IMG/VR virus record: IMGVR_UViG_3300010885_008506 | Coordinates: 51,469 to 71,468 of that record | Reading direction: 5' to 3' (one strand) | Length of the DNA: 20,000 bases | From: an uncultured virus (IMG/VR IMGVR_UViG_3300010885_008506) | Taxonomy: Duplodnaviria > Heunggongvirae > Uroviricota > Caudoviricetes | Shown here: piece after piece, positions 17,310-20,000 of the stretch | How the letters are laid out: each line of letters begins with the position of its first letter | How positions within the stretch are numbered: the stretch's first letter is position 1 | The notes under the pieces: model-generated | Seen by the model: the letters and a program-made list of their open reading frames with translations, nothing else | What the model was told of the DNA's origin: nothing | Databases searched by the model: none | Made by a program: the position numbers and the translations under genes

Positions 17310-17319
17310 ATGTTTCCCC

Positions 17320-17703
17320 TTACCAACTGGCCTGATAGTGAATGGTGCGTAGCAACTTAGTGTCTTCTTTGAGCCAATCAAGCACCTTACCCAACTGCTC
17401 TACGTCGAGCGCAATTTCGTCCTCGTCCATGTAGCTCTTGCCAAAGAAGGCTCCTTCGGTATGCGGTAACGATAAACCTTTTACTGCTTCAACAATGTCC
17501 AGCAAGTCCGTAGCCGTTAGCGGAATATTCTGGCACTCGTCTACACCTCCCGCAAACTGCTGCACGATGTAACCGTGCAGGTTAGGATGCTTACGCCAGT
17601 AGGCCAGTTCGAGGTCATCGCCCGATTCTACCAAGTCAGTCGCGTCCGGATCCGTAGTCCAAACGCGATGCTCCTTACCAAACATCCACATGTCAAGTCC
17701 CAT
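17320..17703 (-). CDS. Conserved phage hypothetical protein (MGLDM...YWRKxxxLH...YQASW family)
   Basis: SD GGAG/AAGGA. The MGLDM start, YWRK motif and terminal SW are a pattern I recognise from widespread phage proteins of unknown function. Confidence 0.8.
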   Translation of the reverse strand: MGLDMWMFGKEHRVWTTDPDATDLVESGDDLELAYWRKHPNLHGYIVQQFAGGVDECQNIPLTATDLLDIVEAVKGLSLPHTEGAFFGKSYMDEDEIALDVEQLGKVLDWLKEDTKLLRTIHYQASW

Positions 17704-17714
17704 GTCCTTACTCC

Positions 17715-18818
17715 TTACTTGGCGCTGACCGCAGCAGTGATGTACGCACCGTACTTCTTAGCAAACTCAGGGTAGGTCGTCATCTTGCTACCCTGGAACA
17801 CCAAACCGTACTGCTGCATCGCAACCTTGACAGCAAGGATGCAGATCTCGGTGTTGAAGTTATCCATCATGTAACGGAAGAAGCAGTCGACCATGCCGTG
17901 CCACTCCTTGTCGTTAAGCTTACCCTTGTTCTTGGTGTAGTAGTCGCGCAGCTCGTAGCAGAGCGAAGTCATGAGACTGTACTGCGCACTGATCTCCTTG
18001 ATCTTGAGGTCCTTGACCTTACCCGACAACACATCGCCAGGATTAGGCAACTGACCGTTGGTCTTGCGGTGCGCCATGAACTTTACAGCCAAGCCTTCAC
18101 CAACTGCGCCACTGACCAAGTCCATCACCGTGCTGTCGCTAGCAGCCTTGTCCTGCAGCATGTCGCTAACGAAATGCCAGCTACGGGGCGTAGCGAACGC
18201 ACGACTGGCGCTGTTGGGGCTGAAGTCGTAGAGGTCGCCCTTAGCGTAGTTAAGGTAACCAACCACGTCCGGGTGGATGTTGTTATCCACAGCCCACAAC
18301 ATCCACGTATCAAAGTCTGCACGGACCTCCAAGTGAACGAAGCGATTAGCCAACGGAGCCGGCATGCGATACGTGACGCCACGGTCACCTTCGCGGTTAC
18401 CTGCGGCAATGATCACCACGTTGTCGGGCAGTTCGTACTCGCCAATGCGGCGATTCAGCACCAGCTGGTATGCGCTGGCCTGCACCGCAGGAGCAGCAGA
18501 GTTGAGCTCGTCCAAGAACAGCACCACGTAGGGGTACTTCGCAGCCTGCTCCTTGCTGGGCAGTTCAGCCGGGGGAGCCCAACGCATACGACCGCTAGTG
18601 CCGTCGAAGTACGGCATACCCTTGAGGTCGGTTGGGTCCAGCAACGCCAAACGCAGGTCAATCAGCAGACCGCCACCTGCGCGAGCAATCTGCGCAGCCA
18701 TGTCGCTCTTGCCCAAGCCCGGCGGACCCCAGATGAAAACTGGACGCTTCGTGCGCATGGCCACGTCAACAGCCTTGCGGGCTTCGGTCAACGTCACAGT
18801 GCGAATTTCGTGGGACAT
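17715..18818 (-). CDS. MoxR-like AAA+ ATPase
   Basis: Walker A GPPGLGKS, DPTDLKGMP, Walker B LFLDE, sensor-1 AAGN, arginine finger LANRF and TPRSW. Start set at ATG 18818 (SD AAGGAG, 6-nt spacing). Confidence 0.92.
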   Translation of the reverse strand: MSHEIRTVTLTEARKAVDVAMRTKRPVFIWGPPGLGKSDMAAQIARAGGGLLIDLRLALLDPTDLKGMPYFDGTSGRMRWAPPAELPSKEQAAKYPYVVLFLDELNSAAPAVQASAYQLVLNRRIGEYELPDNVVIIAAGNREGDRGVTYRMPAPLANRFVHLEVRADFDTWMLWAVDNNIHPDVVGYLNYAKGDLYDFSPNSASRAFATPRSWHFVSDMLQDKAASDSTVMDLVSGAVGEGLAVKFMAHRKTNGQLPNPGDVLSGKVKDLKIKEISAQYSLMTSLCYELRDYYTKNKGKLNDKEWHGMVDCFFRYMMDNFNTEICILAVKVAMQQYGLVFQGSKMTTYPEFAKKYGAYITAAVSAK

Positions 18819-18847
18819 ATTCAACTCCTTGTTCTAACTGTAGGACT

Positions 18848-18876
18848 AGTATAAGTCCAATTTAATTCCGTGTCAA
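18848..18876 (-). promoter_or_regulatory. Strong sigma70-type promoter for the AAA ATPase operon
   Basis: TTGACA (18876-18871) - 17 bp - TATACT (18853-18848). The -35 box contains the TGA stop of the GIY-YIG gene. Confidence 0.88.
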
Positions 18877-19190
18877 GCCAAATTCAATTTGGGTTTGCGT
18901 TTTGCAATCAGCTCGCGCTCACGTTGGTGAGCCCAAGCCTTACCACGCCCCGTTTCCAGGATGGTGAGTTCAAAAGCCTCTGGCCCATACTCGCGCATCG
19001 CTTCGTAGAGGGGCCAGGGGCGGTGCTCACTGCGAGCACGATAAACGTGTTTCATAAAACGAGACTTTACACTGGAAAGCACCGTAGAGCAAGTCTTAGC
19101 AGTAATACCAATGTACTGCTTCTTGCCCAAACTCAGCATGTAAATTACATGAGTCCGATCGGTACGCTTTTTACGCTTCTTGCTTTCCAT
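18873..19190 (-). CDS. Minimal GIY-YIG endonuclease (105 aa)
   Basis: VIY...YIGIT...SRF.KH...LYEAMREYG.EAF...RERELI...PKLN. Start moved to ATG 19190 because the ORF-track start at 19223 lies in the -35 box. Confidence 0.85.
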   Translation of the reverse strand: MESKKRKKRTDRTHVIYMLSLGKKQYIGITAKTCSTVLSSVKSRFMKHVYRARSEHRPWPLYEAMREYGPEAFELTILETGRGKAWAHQRERELIAKRKPKLNLA

Positions 19191-19196
19191 GTTCGT

Positions 19197-19225
19197 ATAA
19201 TAGCGAACTGCAAGCGAAACCACAA
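19197..19225 (-). promoter_or_regulatory. Sigma70-type promoter predicted to give a leaderless GIY-YIG mRNA
   Basis: TTGTGG (19225-19220) - 17 bp - TATTAT (19202-19197) - ACGAAC - ATG. Confidence 0.7.
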
Positions 19226-19236
19226 GAAATATAATC

Positions 19237-19323
19237 CTAATAGAATCAATGACTTACGTGATCTGCGTGTAAGTTGTTGATTTTGTTGGGAATTTAAAAG
19301 TCTAATAGAATCAATGACTTACG
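19237..19323. repeat. Two identical 22-bp direct repeats CTAATAGAATCAATGACTTACG flanking one inverted variant (IHF-consensus boxes)
   Basis: Copies at 19237-19258 and 19302-19323. TAAGTTGTTGATT at 19270-19282 reads AATCAACAACTTA on the minus strand, which also matches WATCAANNNNTTR. Confidence 0.88.
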
Positions 19324-19326
19324 CAA

Positions 19327-19716
19327 TCATGCGTTTAGGGACACAAAAACATCCCAATTTCCACCACTCATAATCCAACTGACCTGCATCTGCTCGTCCC
19401 AATGGGAGACTTCAAACTTATTGTGCCGCTGGGTAAGGAACCAGGGCTTGCCTTTGATATAGGTCAGCAAGTGAAACATCTTGCTACCGGTCATGATCTC
19501 TTTGACTGTAATGGTGTAAGGGGTATAAAGAGATTGAAGACATTTAAATCCATATTCGGTTAATCTCAGATTAGGATTGTCCCGGTGATACCAAATGTTT
19601 CGATTGCGAGTAGATTGAGAGTGTACAGCTACACTCTCGGGTGATTCACTGAGCAGCAACCCAATTTCAACTTCAAGTTGCTGCTTAGTTGTTCGCCAAT
19701 CTTCAAAAATCTGCAT
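19327..19716 (-). CDS. Hypothetical phage protein (129 aa, NLRLTEYG motif)
   Basis: ORF overlapping the glutaredoxin stop by 14 nt; function not recognisable. Confidence 0.7.
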   Translation of the reverse strand: MQIFEDWRTTKQQLEVEIGLLLSESPESVAVHSQSTRNRNIWYHRDNPNLRLTEYGFKCLQSLYTPYTITVKEIMTGSKMFHLLTYIKGKPWFLTQRHNKFEVSHWDEQMQVSWIMSGGNWDVFVSLNA

Positions 19717-19951
19717 TCAAGTTGGTCGCCAGATGGCTTTTGATTAGGTCTTGGAATCCACCAATACGTTCACCATCTACATAGATCTGCGGAACGGTGC
19801 GCACACCATTACCTACGCTTTCGTAAAACTTCTGACGTTCGCTGTCGTTATCTATTACGATTTCTTCGTATGCATAACCCCTTTGCTTGAGCCAGTTCTT
19901 AGCACTAACGCAATATGGGCAATTGGTCTTTGAATATACCTTAATGTTCAT
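19703..19951 (-). CDS. grx: Glutaredoxin
   Basis: CPYC active site and TVPQIYVDGERIGGF. Confidence 0.95.
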   Translation of the reverse strand: MNIKVYSKTNCPYCVSAKNWLKQRGYAYEEIVIDNDSERQKFYESVGNGVRTVPQIYVDGERIGGFQDLIKSHLATNLNADF

Positions 19952-20000
19952 GTAAATTTTCCACCTTGTAATTCTACTTCAGTGACCAAGCTAGTGGTCA
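19948..20000 (-). CDS. Probable 3' end of an upstream gene (...TTSLVTEVELQGGKFT*)
   Basis: Open frame to the window edge, ending in a TGA that overlaps the glutaredoxin ATG (ATGA). Confidence 0.45.
   Translation of the reverse strand, partial: TTSLVTEVELQGGKFT

Noticed and set aside
17898..18854. 318-aa plus-strand ORF, and similar ORFs at 14664-15230, 15265-16010 and 13775-14265
   Set aside because: Antisense shadows of well-supported GC3-rich genes; no motifs or SD.
16006..19323. AATCAATGACTTACG repeats as a CRISPR array or att sites
   Set aside because: Only 2+2 copies with periods of 35 and 65 bp and one inverted variant between them. No cas or integrase genes are present, and fixed spacing to promoters explains them better.
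627..19951. Alternative genetic code, introns or inteins
   Set aside because: Genes tile densely under the standard code, and thyX, ligase and AAA are uninterrupted with normal lengths.
19983..20000. TGACCA-agctag-TGGTCA inverted repeat at the window edge
   Set aside because: Short, probably inside the upstream coding frame, and context is truncated.

Overview
This 20 kb window looks like part of a large lytic dsDNA tailed phage with T4-like gene content. Sigma70 promoters and IHF-consensus sites suggest a proteobacterial host (inference). Left half: a truncated GT-B glycosyltransferase on the minus strand (missed by the ORF track) lies head-to-head with a virion-fibre operon. That operon encodes a 2605-aa fibre protein (T4 gp37-like N-terminus, split beta-helix, 5 helical repeat units, FCCH-like modules), a 115-aa partner and a collagen-like fibre with a peptidase S74 chaperone. 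A bidirectional terminator follows. Right half, all minus strand, in transcription order: glutaredoxin, hypothetical, minimal GIY-YIG nuclease, MoxR-like AAA ATPase, three hypotheticals, QueD, HExxH/VWA (DUF2201-like) protein, bL12-CTD protein, ATP-dependent DNA ligase, three hypotheticals and ThyX. The most notable unexplained structure is non-coding: a repeated promoter cassette with IHF-consensus boxes (AATCAATGACTTACG) exactly 18 bp upstream of the -35, and -10 boxes that repeatedly sit inside short inverted repeats of differing sequence. The giant fibre protein also shows a nested 'Russian-doll' domain-insertion architecture. All functional calls come from motif recognition by eye, not from database searches.
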